A stretch of 64,000 nucleotides of DNA, from contig JAQGDQ010000908.1 in assembly GCA_030141605.1 (NCBI GenBank), forward strand, positions 1-64,000, written 5' to 3'. Below are positions 11,571-24,510 of this stretch, one piece after another. The stretch comes from Tubiluchus corallicola (lineage: Eukaryota > Animalia > Priapulida). The notes beneath the pieces are model-generated. The model did no database searches. It was not told the origin of the DNA and saw only the letters and a list, made by a program, of their open reading frames with translations. Position 1 is the stretch's first letter. Each line of letters starts with the position of its first letter. The position numbers and the translations under genes are program-made.

Positions 11571-14500
11571 CTTTTGCTGTTACCCTCAACAATTAAAATC
11601 AGTACAATCGCTATGAGGCAATTAATTCCAAGTAGTTAATTACCCGACTACAGGAGCTTCGATTGGGCCGATCGGGCAGCGATGTGTTCCCACACGACCT
11701 CAAGCCACGAAATACGCGTTGTGATGTAAATCTGTATCTTCCTAGTTTACAAGCTGGACTCTGCAATAAGCCGCTTCAATGTGAATAACCTTTGGTAAAA
11801 ATTCGTGTTACAGATAGCGTCTTTACGACTATGCACTTAAGAATTTCTCGATCTTATCAATTAACTCGAACAAGCAAGTAACAATGAAGCACAAGTTTAT
11901 TGATCGATTACTTATTAACTAAATGATTGACAATGTTGTTTAAAAATTACAGTATTGATTTCTTATACGCTTGTGGCGTTTACAAATAGTATCTATAGAT
12001 TACGACTGAACAATTACAATTCCACACAATACGTTATTCATCCGTTACTTGACAATCTTCGTTTTATACAACCAGTACTATTTAGTAACAGTACACATGT
12101 GTTATTCAACTATTACTAAGTAGAATGTAATGCTACTTAACTTGTGGACTGGCCAGTCTTATTGCGACTGAAATTGGCCAGATCCGAACTCTATTCTAGA
12201 CGTTCTAAGCACCAGTGGTTGTGGTGTGTCCAACGACGCAGAAGTTTCCTCTATGCGGAGCTATAGTAAAACAATCTCCTACCTCAAGAGTCTTTTTGCA
12301 ACAGACCTCTTCGTCTTCACGTCACGACTGTAATGGCCCGTGCATACAGGGGTAGACCATTGGGGCCAATTAATGGTAGTCGCTGCTAAGTTCGATCAGT
12401 TCCTTGCAGGTGCGTCGTGCACCCAAAAAAATTGGGGGGGGGGCGACTATAATGGCGGATTTTAACTGTTTAAATTTGAATTTTAAATTTTGAAAAAAAA
12501 TAAACAGTATTTTGCATGCAAGAAAAACGATTTATTTAACATGGCATTTAACTTAAAGCTATAGCAACGGAAACTTAATTAAAATTAAAAATTAAATTAA
12601 AATTTAATTAAGTATTTATCAGCTGTCAGGAATCCGATGCAGAACTATCGACGCAGATTGGAATCGACGTTACAGTAGATACAGACGCCGTAGAACCTGT
12701 GTCGGGAACACGGTTGGACTTGAAAAATGAAGTCAGATTGGACTGCCTTGACATCGTTTAAGAAATATAGCTAAAATCGCAGCGAAAATTAGCAAAGATT
12801 TTCCTAGCAGCAGAAAAATGATGAAATGTGCTCAAAATCACGCCATTTTATGCAGCAAACTCGTGGGAAAGAGTCACTAAGGAGTAGCAAAGAGTCGTTA
12901 ATGTCCAATCAAGAGGTGGCTGAGCCGTGGCTCATCAGTTGGTATCTCCCAAACCGACTCTCTGGTACTAGGCTAGCTCAACATGACTTCAATGTTTGCA
13001 TTGTTTTTGCTCTATTATTTCACTTATTCTCTATTATAACACACTGCTGAACGAAGCTCGAGTGCTAACTGAGCTGTTTTGTTAACTAACAGTCTTTTGT
13101 GCAAAGACGCTAATGCTACTCAACGAGCTGTTAACTGTTCCTGCCTGCCTCCTGAATAGATAGATTACAGGCAAACAAATTAACTACATCCTGGCTTTCA
13201 GGTAAACACATACTCATGCTCATACTGTTCGCATTTATGGAGCGCTGGCCGCGTGTCAAAAAGTCGGAAATAAATTTGCTTACTGGTCTCATTACGAGCC
13301 GCTGACGCCCTTCAAATTTTTGACATTTTCTAAAACGACGCCACTGGTTCCTTGGCCGAGCTAGGGTCACTAACCGACTGCCCACTAAAGGAAACAGACA
13401 ATAGCTGAGCGTAGGCAGACTCTACGGGGGCTCTACCTAAACAGCATGGATTCTTTTGTGGTGTGATGAATGAAAAACAGGCTTTCCATCTATACCCCAA
13501 AAACCAAACTGTAACCAGTCGAATAAATGACAAAATATTACGTTTAACGACACAAACAAAAACAGTTGTATAATTGAGCCTTCTGTAAACAATGGAAATT
13601 AGTAATAAGCAAAAGTAAATCTGAAAACGCTACTAAACAGCATGGCATGAAATAAATGCAATGACAAAACATACAAAAATCATACAGTTTTCCTAACTAT
13701 TTAAAGGGTTCCTACTTACTCTACCAGCCGCCCCAAAATGCGTACGCTAGCATAATATCTTCTCCAGACAAATGTAGCTTGTTGTCATAGTCCTTTAGAA
13801 CGACTAGAGTATGGTTCATATTTCATCTGATAGGTTCTCGACTCCCACAGTAGCGACTCAAAAAGTCTGAGAGAAACGTAGCTAAATGTTTCAATGTAAG
13901 TCAAAAGGGTGACGTGTGAACGTAGCTGTAGGCACACATGTGTTCGGAAATTCACATCAAAACAAGTTCTCCCTCTGGCGCCAATTAACGATAAAGTAAA
14001 TAAACAGGCACCTTTGCCTTCCGGTTTATTGGCATAAAGTTCCTACCCGGGCGGTGACGACTTTTCCGTCCCATGCGATGGACTATCGAGCTGGGCACCT
14101 TTCCAACTGCACGACGGTGCTCTCACATGATCCGAAACGACATCTTCCCGGCATGGTAAGATCAGCCAAGCCATATAAACCAATGAGTGGACATCTTCCA
14201 CCACCACAAATAGATCATTAGCTTTTCAAACGTCAGCTAATGGACGATCAGGTAAAACGCAAAAACGCAATTTAACCAACCAAACTCAAGTTGCATATCT
14301 CGTGTCCGTGAAATCTGTGTCATGAACGTACAGAAATCCATGCATTTGGCTTCAATCCGATTAAATGCACAAACGTACAGTTACACGTTTAACCCAACCC
14401 CGGGGGGGGGGGGGACTAACATTCCCTAAACTAACAAATAGTACCTAGTTGATCATAACAATCTAGAAACAATTTACACTCAGTGAACATAAGTAAAGAA

Positions 14501-16844
14501 AAGCTGATGTCAAAATACGAAAATAAAGCTTAATGTTTATCTGCAAGTTAAAGTACGGCTTAATGATTTATTCTGGGTCATTACAACGAGAGCCACACGT
14601 CAACAACCCAAGAAACTCTCTTTGCGCACGCTTTTGAATCCAATGTCAGATGATATGACATTTTCAGTGACTCGTTGAGACGCCACCTAACTTGACCATA
14701 ACCCTGACACATCCGTCGTCATTGGGACAAGGCTCTTATTGACCGTGTTCCAATGACATATAGCCTTACTCCAGGCTGTCATTCCTAACTGTTAAATTGG
14801 GTTGGTGATACTCGTGCCTCTCTGAAATTTGCTTATAGGCAATAGCCCTGACCAATGGCTATTTTAACTAGGAAGTGGTTTACTGTGGTACTAGGTTATA
14901 AATGGTTTTATTATTAGCTAGCTGAAACAATATAGCCCTTCCAGTTTTACAGAGTTCAAACTGTTGTTATCTGATTTCTAGATTCTGATTCTAACTATAA
15001 GTTTTACATAATCTTCCAAACTCTGATCCTTTATGCATTAAATTCAAGGTACAAGCTGGGTGAGTCATCATTGCTGAACGGAACAATCTTCGTTCAGAGG
15101 CTAATCAATTTTAACTGATCTAGATTCTAATTTATAATGAGCAATTCGATATTTGAAAATAAATTCATAACATTACTATTACTTTACCTTAACCTAATAA
15201 TCTCTTGCAATTTTACAGTCTCTGTGTACTTAAGAGGATGCGTGTATGTAAGAGGATGGTGATTTAAATGTCTGCTGTGTGCGATAAAAGCTGCCGCGGA
15301 GTAGAAAACTGGCAATGGTAGTTCTAATGCTCCTTGTTTACAGTTTGATCTTTGCGTGAAACTGTGTGGAATAAGCACTTAATTAATGCTGACGAAATCT
15401 AGAACTTGTAAAATTACTTTGATTGATGGTTTAACTGGATAAGTTCTACTATATTACGATGCTGAATATGTAAGTACACCTAAATGGAGTTAACTACCTT
15501 TACGTCAGTTATTTGCACTTTTTTGCTTAAGCATTTGTACATTAGTTTGAAAATTGGGGATTTTGTGACGTTAAAGTTTAATATAAATACTTTACTTCCA
15601 ACTGACAATAGAGCAATGATGAATAATGAATTCACAAGAGATCTGAGTGAAGCAAAATAAACAAAAATTATGTATCATGTATGTCATATATATATAGCAA
15701 TTGTTTCGTACCAATGAGTACATAATTAGCTATTTATAACGATAAATCAGTTGCATATGGATTAGCAGCACTGCATAAATAATTTCGGTGGAATCTTATA
15801 TAAATATATATATAAATATATATAAGCAACATGCTGTGGGTTCTTTGGGTGGTGTGGTGTGAAAGGTGTGATACGGGGTGATTGGTATGGTGTGATGGAT
15901 ATATATATATACATACATACATATGAGTGTACTATCCTAAAAACTGTCCCATCTCAGATAAATGTGCTTATGTGTTTATTAATGCCCTGTTTATTTTTCC
16001 CAGGCTATTTTGTTTTCCTTCGGCAAGTTTTTACCTACACAGAGAAAACCCTAACCCTAACCTTAAACCTAACTCTACACTTGCGAAAAAATAAGCAAAC
16101 TTTTGGAAAGAGGAGGACTGCAAGGTGTGAAGGTTTGGCTAGGAGAGATGTCCAGTTGACAAAACAGAAGAAGTGTGTATTGAAGTTATTTTTAAACCCA
16201 CTGTGCTGCACTCTATTTGAAGCATCCATTGTTTTTGAGATCGAGAAATTACGTGGCAGTTTCAGGCATTGTCATCACCCACTACTCTACTGTTTTATAG
16301 ATTACACATTGCGTAGGCTATATCTGTTAGCCCATCAATGACTGGGATGCAAAAAAAACAAAATTATTTAGAATATTCCACCTTATTGATCATTGGTAGA
16401 TTGGTCCAATTTATGACTTCATATGCTTCCTAGTTGGATTTTTAGATTAACGCTCATCGAGTGGCAATTTTGAAAGCCCTTGACCATGAATGACCTTGAA
16501 ATGTCATTTTTCTGACAGGCCACATGCACTTTTATATTAACTATTTATACACATTCCTTAAATGCTTCTTAGTTGAGTTATTTTGACTTTAGTGACTTCG
16601 GTGGCTATTTTGAATTTAAAGCCCCATAACTTTCCTTCCAGAAGAGGACTTGAGGGAATTTTTAATATCCTTTGCTGGACGACTTTCTCGGGGTATGCCA
16701 AAAATTCAGCCGTACGCTATATTGTCTGGTCACACGTTTTCAGCTTTGTAAGAAATGTTTTACTATGCTGCTGTGTTGAAGATATAACACAGATACTGCG
16801 ATATAACAGTGTTGTCAATGTCATCATCTTCGTCATCATGTTAA

Positions 16845-17100
16845 TGGTGTGATGTGATGGTTTTAATGTGGTGTGGTGTGGTGTGGTGCAGTGCGGGTGA
16901 TGAATGCAGTGAGGGTTGTTGTTGCGGATGGGCAAGGTGTGGTGCAACATGCTGTGGGTTCTTTGGGTGGTGTGGTGTGAAAGGTGTGATACGGGGTGAT
17001 TGGTATGGTGTGATGTGGTGGGCGTGGTATTGTGTGTGTTTGGTTTGGAGTGAGCTGCATGATGTGGTGGCGCGTTGTGTGTGTTGTTGTGTAGTAGCCT
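16845..17100. repeat. Degenerate (GTGTG)n low-complexity tract; similar tracts at about 37505-37630 and 50985-51170
   Basis: Visible directly; gives His/Thr/Pro-rich pseudo-ORFs. Confidence 0.85.
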
Positions 17101-18057
17101 TAAATATGTGTGGGTATTTTTCATTATAGTTTAGCTATAAAATACATATTTGTACATAATGTAGAAAAGTCAGAATTGTATCTGTAGAACTGTAGCTGAT
17201 CCTATAGTATGGTGAATAGTGGAACTACCCATTCATAGAAGGAATAGAAGAATTTCACCCATCTATTCACTACCCAGCTTTGGTGTTGTTCAACTTTGGT
17301 CGTGAAATTATATTGGAACATATACTTGGACCAGTTTTGGTATTTCCTTCAGAACTCGGTGCTCTAAGCAAAGCAATTTGGCCTTTACAGACTTAATTAT
17401 AGTACGATTATCATTTGTAATAAAAGCGTTTGAATTAAGTCCATTAATGGCAAAAACTTTTTAAAACGATTTTTCAGAATTAATTTACCAAAAAAAATTT
17501 AAAAAACATTTTTACCTGTTTTTTAACCAAACGATATCACTACTGTAAAATTGACAGTTGTGCCGGTTCAAGATATGGAACAATAACTGGCGGTTCAGAT
17601 GTCAAAAAGTCAAATGTTATATACTTGTTAGCATGTCAAAAATAGTTCACGAACTAACAGATTAGTTGTGCTGTGATCTAAGGTAGTGTATCTGTGATAA
17701 AGCGATTTTTCCTAGTGTTGATGTGCTGCATTGATTACTTAAGTCTTCATGACAAAGAGGTTATAACTCGACTGTTGCTTTCAGCTTTGAAACTTGAAGG
17801 TTCTATGTACAACATGTTAATCACATAATAACCAATGTTAGAGACAGCAGTGCTGTCGTTAAATTGTCAGACAGTAACGTTGAACCTGTTGCTGTTGAGT
17901 ATCGCAAATCGCTTCTACTGCTGCTCAACACCCCCCCCCCCATTCACATTCTAGTTTAAAGCTGAAACTCTCTGCTTATTAACATGTTTCCAAACGCTAA
18001 TTAGAAATGCTGATGCTCAAAATATGATACTGATAACAATAATTTTACATTTTGCAG

Positions 18058-19051
18058 ATTTACAAAGGGAGCATACATTTTGACAGCATTTGCACTTGCG
18101 ATCACAATGTCTATTGGAGTGATAAAAAATTTTGATTTTGACACCGAGACATTTGAAATTCGCACTAATGAATCCATTATTATAACCAAAAGTAACAGTG
18201 AATGTGGCGAAGCTTGTGATATAAACGCTGAAAATTTTAAAATGTCTCAAGGCCTAAATTACCCTTTGTTACACAAAAGTTTCCACTGCGGATTTCTTAT
18301 GCAAAGGTTGTTTTTAGAAAGGCCAGCAAAGCAGTGGCCACCACCCCGTGAACCACCACCTTCGTTACTTGATGAATTCACAATGCATGGAGCAATGCCT
18401 GTGTTGAAATACAGGTATTTTGCCCAGAAGAGAAAGAATAGTCGACATTATTTTAACGTTGAATTCATTTCAAAATTACAGAAGAAGGCACTAAAGGGTG
18501 AAAACGTTTCTTCCTATGGCATGAAAGGCTTCAAGTTGCTAACTGAAGCTTTAAATGTTTTTAGAGAGGTCATTGAAAGTAAAGATGTTTTAGTAATTGG
18601 TACAGTGAAACCTTGGGTTGAAGCATTACTGCTTAATGCAAACGTAGGTCATATAACAACTATAGACTATAATGAAGACACTTCAACACATCCAAACATT
18701 ACACTTATAGCACCTTGGAAATTAGCGGCACAATATCTTCATGAACCCAAGCCTCTTTTTGATTTTGGCGTCAGTTACTCCTCACTGGAACACAGCGGTT
18801 TAGGTCGCTATGGAGACAACCTAAATCCAGCAGGTGATCTTGAAGCTATGGCTCAAGCTTGGTGTTTGATAAAGCCAAAAGGTATCTTCATACTGAATGT
18901 TGAACATGACAAGGGTAAAAATTATTTAGTATGGAACGCTCATCGTGTATATGGAGATGAAAGGCTGAAACACCTGACTGCAAACTGGAATGTTACCACG
19001 TTACTGCAGGAAGAAAGGCATGTGTTACGAATCATGCAAAAGGTTGAATGA
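18058..19051 (+). CDS. DUF268-family SAM-methyltransferase-like type II membrane protein (main coding exon)
   Basis: Motifs VLVIGTVKPWVE, TTIDY, FDFGVSYSSLEHSGLGRYGDNLNPAGDL, NAHRVYG; N-terminal hydrophobic stretch; ttttgcag acceptor at 18057. A phase-compatible ATGCTGAATAT/gtaagt at 15459-15475 could supply the start (speculative). Confidence 0.85.
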
Positions 19052-20519
19052 GATGCGTGAAAGCAACAAAATACAATATTCACAGTAATAATATATAAAC
19101 AGCATGTGTGTGCTGTCACGAACATGTGTAATATATAATTACATATACTAAAATGTGTCACAGATTACCGTGACTGAGTTCAACTCTGCTCCTAGACTTT
19201 TTTGTTTTCTGTTTTGCAAACTAGTTTATTCCGGTCCCTACAACTTTTGAAAATCTACACAGAGTCCTTCAGGCTGTATTTTTAAATTAGGTTAACCTTG
19301 AATTATTTATACAGGCTTCATTCTAAAGTTATAAATTCCTTCGTCACCCTTGTACAGGTGACCATTTGACGCTTGCTATTACTATAAGCAAACGTCATAT
19401 GATCCGCCTAATTCGCTAGGTTATTTTTTCTTTTCCACAGTTTTTTTATAGTTATGTGCTGATTTGCGCGTCATATATCTAGCATTAGTGCTCTGTGCTT
19501 ATTGCATTAACTATGTGATAAAAGTGAATAATTATCCTAAGTTCCTAAGTTCCTAAGATTGGTTTTCCTAAGTTCTATTTAATGTTATAGCTGCAATAAA
19601 AAGTAATAATGTAAATGCGCCAAATCATGTAAGTTGCCATGTGCTAAATCATGTAAATAAATTATATTTTGGGTGGTCACTTCTTTTAATCCAATAGTTG
19701 TATGGTTTTTCTTACAAAGTCATGAATAAATCTAAAATGCATATTTCAATAACTACAAAATATTTTAATTAACAACTCGTAGACGTAAGCGTTGTGCATC
19801 ATTTTCTATAAAAACAAAAAAGTTAGACTATATAGATTTCTACGCACTTTTCTGGTTTATAATCAATAAATTTAAAACCAGGCCGATCTCTCTCCCACAA
19901 ACTTCTGAAAAAATTGTTTACAAAATGTTTTGTTTTTCTCAATGATCGGGTTAAGCTTTTATTTACTCTTGAGTGCTCACTATCGAAAGACGAGCCTACT
20001 AAATTCAAATTGTTGTGGAGCTGCCAATTTCTTGCTTATTAAAGAAAAAAACAACTCTTGGTCAATTATTGTATTTTAATTATAAACTTGAAAATAATAA
20101 AATTACCACAGGATATTTCCGCATAAAATGCCTTGCTTAAGAATGCAAAATAAACTCAAATAAATCAGTTTTGTCTTCTGCCAAACAAACCTCGCTGCGG
20201 TGAGAGGGCATATTGAAAGAAAATGGCGCAATTAGTCTGGAAGACAGAGTGAAGACTTAATTGGAGAAAAACTAAGAAAAGCACGCCCATTTCAGGCAAC
20301 TTAGCCTGACGAGCAGTTTAGGCTGCTGTACACTTGTGCGATCCTACATGTATTTTATTGATCGCCTGCTTGCTATAGCCTAAGAGAACTGTCTGCTGTA
20401 GACAAATTACAAGACAAACTAAAGTCGTCTCATCTTTTATTATGAGTTTCTCTTTAAAAACGGAGTAGACTAGAGGTCAAAGTGTGTCAGAGTTTGTGTG
20501 TAATTGTTTCTTTACATTT

Positions 20520-21410
20520 GAAATTTTCTGCTTTGTGGATTTCACACAAACGATATTACAGTGCAAACACTTCGGTTTCTGAAAGTTTTTTCTCTTTTTT
20601 TCATCAAAAATCGATTTTCAATTTAACTAAAGGCATTTAGGGTATGCAAATGCATTTCATATGTAATTTTACAAGAAAGCCCATGGAATAGTGTGAGGAG
20701 TAGAACCTACAAAGCTATCAAAGATAATGTTATCGTTGCTTAGAGGGAGCAGTTTTTCATGAATCTATGCAAAGTGCAGGAAGCTCTTAAGGAAGTGAAT
20801 GAGTTTTTTAAATATTAAAATAACCCCAAAAGAGTGTTAAAACGGATTCACGTCAATAATTCCAGCAGTAGTAACATCTGTAACCACTCAGTTTACGACA
20901 CTGACACCTGAAATAGGATTTAAGAAACTGGGCTGGAAGAGTGATCACTGGGATAGAAGTCAGAGGAATAGGAGCCGTGAATATCTCAAAGTTGCCGACC
21001 CAAATATGATCGTGTTGTGTTAAACCATTTTTCTAATTTGATGTATTGTTTTCTAGACAGAAACAAAAAACAGATGAATTAAAATAGGCGCATTAGAGTA
21101 ATTTTACATGATTTTTACTCAAGAGTATTTACAATGACGACATGAAAGAAATAGTGTTAAATATTTTTAGTATACAATAGATATATCTATTACATTATGA
21201 AGATCTAACTACATTTTAGAGTAACTGAATAGTAAATGATAATAAAAGTGTCCACAAAAACATTATTCTTTCCCTTATATTACAATATTAAAACAATAAT
21301 ATACCGTGTTCTTGGCAAAGACATAAATTTAAGATTCTACATTATGACCAAAATTGCACCTGCTGCCTGCGAAAAACCTTTGCTGACTTGAGCTTTGTCT
21401 CAAGTTCATA
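20520..21410 (+). repeat. Two dispersed repeat blocks, recurring in swapped order at about 34160-34405 and 34678-34940
   Basis: Shared strings ttacagtgcaaacact, caaaaatcgatttt, gtgtgaggagtagaa and taactacattttag, tggcaaag.cataaa. Confidence 0.7.
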
Positions 21411-22884
21411 ATTTTGCTATTGCTGAATTTTCCATGCTTGATTACCCAGGGACATGACCTGGCCACGTCCATTTTTCATCCACGACCATGACCGCATACC
21501 ACATATGTATGCAGTAATATAAGCTTCTAGTCCTAAACTCTAAGTGGTGTTGAGTTTCGCCCTAAAGTTCGCATTTTGGATCCTGCTGCTGTGACCTATA
21601 CAGTTTTGTGTTTATCTGTTTTAGGTGCTGGCCCTGCAAGTTTCGTGATTCTAGGTCTTTCGTGATTCTAGGAGTTGTTGACTAGACTTCATTTTAACAC
21701 TTTAGATCATGTCACACGCCCAATTTTCGAAAAACACTCAATGCACATCTACACCCATATGTGTAAATTTTCGCATTTACCAAGTTTGTCCTAATTTTAC
21801 ATGTCCTTCTGCATTTGTGCTCCTAACTCGCAACTTTCCTAGGCTCCAATTTCCAAAAAATAGTTAGTGCACATCTACCCCACAGGACCCGTGTGAAAAC
21901 AAATTTTTATTAAACTCAAAGCCCTATGAGGAGACTCACCGATGTCCTGTGTCCTTGACCCTTTCGCCTGAGGTTATCGTACCACTGCCTGTCCTCCACC
22001 CTCAAGTGGCTACCCACCTTGCTTGGTGAGACTAGGTAATACCGCTTAGGAGTTATTCGCCGTTGTGGCATGCAAATAATAATATTTCTCCTATACGCAG
22101 ACTTTTTAACTTGGTAACTTAGTAATTAGTGATAAAATAATTGTTTAGCTCTTGCTAGACTGTTTTTTCCAGCATAGGTCGATGTAAGCTTGACCAAGGA
22201 GTTTCTCCTTGAAAAACAGTTATCATTTGTCCTGTGATACAGTAATATAACTATGTGCCCTATAGGTTAGTGCAATAACTGTGGTTTGTCATAACATTTT
22301 AATTTATGTGTTAAATAATTAATTTAATTTTTTATTTGCACTGCTAGAAACAGCATGTAAATCTGCAACAACATTATAATAAATTAAAATTATCTTTTTC
22401 TAGCCGTATAAAAGAAAATAGAGATAAAAACTAATTCACTAAATGATCAAGTTTTATCGTATCTATTGTTTTTGTTATTGTCGTCGCCGTCGTTTAATTT
22501 TCATTGTTTTGCCCTGCTGTTTGGAAAAGAAAGGCATCAAATTATTGTATGTCATAAATTTTCATTTCTTAAAGTTTATTACTTCAGAATATACAAAACG
22601 AACACATCATTCTACATAATACATTTTTGTTTTGTAGCAATTATAATTCTTTCAGCAAAAATGGACATCAAACTTATACACGCCTATATAGATTATTACT
22701 GTGTGTTGTTTCAAATTTGTTGAGGTAGCAAACAAGAAAGTACTAAATTTCAAATACAGCCTGCTGTTATAGGTATTCAAAAAATAGGAAAATATTTTTT
22801 ATGTATAAAACTATTTATTTTACGTGGATTGACATACAGTAATATTACTTATTGTAGTGTAATAAATACATTTTAGTTGAGAAC

Positions 22885-22886
<2 letters not shown>

Positions 22887-22947
<61 letters not shown>
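22887..22947. repeat. (TA)n microsatellite
   Basis: About 30 perfect units. Confidence 0.98.
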
Positions 22948-22949
<2 letters not shown>

Positions 22950-23879
22950 ACTGGTTATCAATAATATAGTTAAGTAGTTAAAAAAACAAAAGTAATTCGT
23001 TAGTTAACACTTAAAATTGAATACAGAACCGATACCAGAAACAATTATCAATGTACATCATCCTATTAGTTATTCACACTAGAGTGTAATTGCTCAAAAA
23101 TGGTACTTAAATCAAAAATACAAAATTCAAAATAATATAGGTTACAATTGAATATGCAATTACAAGTACAGACAGTTGGCGAAATGGTTAGTAGTAATGT
23201 TGTTATGCAGCAATTTGAAGAGACTGCAAACCGGATGGACCTAAATTTGTGCTGGCCATAGTTTGAAAACTAAAAAAATAATATAATTTTTTATTACAGG
23301 TTTTCAGCAAAAAGTCCCTGGGGCTAATTGCAATGCTTTTTTCAACATAGTCATTTTGTTTACTGTGCGTTTTGCTACCGATTTGATCAGTAGTTGGCGT
23401 GGTCATGGCACATTGCTTTTTGGTGCGCCAATTTGACTCCAGTTGACATGAGACCCTGAACATAATTTTCAACAGCACCAGTGCTAGATTATGACATTTT
23501 GTGGTCCTATGCTAATGACATAGGGAGGCCAACCTCTCAGGGAGCCAACTTATAACTCGCACGTATCCATCTTGAACATTTTGGACTCTTGATATTTAAC
23601 GACACTTACTTTGCTTGAAGTGAACTTATTGCAAAAAGTCGAACTAAAAATGTCCCACTCCGTACAACCACTGATGTAATCCATTGATATTATACAAAAA
23701 TGTCCAGAGTGTTGTCACAGTAAGGAAACAAATTTCCAAAGAAAAATAAACAGGGTCTCAACAACCCATGTTCCGCGCTATTCTGGAACAGTTTTCATGG
23801 TAATACACCATGATGGGCCATTCAAAATTTGTTTCTACTGCAATGCAGATGATAACAATGGTCCATAACATGATAATAA

Positions 23880-24300
23880 CCAAAGTAAACATTTAATACC
23901 TTCATGGTTATGACGCTGCTTAGCCAGTTTCACTCCATGTAAAATGCACCCTAAAATGGCTTTAGGGGAGGGGTGCTCCCAGAAGTGGCAGGTACTAAAG
24001 TAAGCTGCCCTAAGGCAAGAGCCATCATACAAATACATAATTTACAGATAAGAAATAAAAAATGCAATTAGAATTTGACCACAGAGCTCATATGATGGCA
24101 TCCGTAAGTAATTTGTTTGTGATTAGAGCAAAAATCTGTAACATCTTTTGGTAATGTTTTTAAATAACGGATATTGACTAATGGCAGCTTATTACCGGTA
24201 CGGCTCCACCCCCTAAAGCCATATTAGGAAATATGTTGGCAAAGCAGAGTTGTAACTACACCATGTTGTAACCATGTGGGCATTAAATATTTAATTTGTG
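23880..24300. repeat. Old MITE-like inverted repeat remnant
   Basis: atggctttaggggg near 23957 pairs with ccccctaaagccat near 24209, with looser pairing outward. Confidence 0.4.
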
Positions 24301-24510
24301 TAGTATTATGCAAGTGACTATTGAGATCAATTGCATAGTCCTAGAAGAAAATTGATCTGAAAAAATTGATCATAGTAATCTGTAGTCTATTGCATTGTTA
24401 CTTTAATTACATATTTTCTTAATTCTTTTCCTTGTGCACCAGGGTGACAGTCTAATTTTATCTTTATAAAGAATCTCTGCAGTCTAGGGCATTATTGCCA
24501 TATTTACATA

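Noticed and set aside
13718-14421. Possible further LTR and PBS on the minus strand
   Set aside because: PBS too degenerate and no coding remnant or second LTR to anchor it
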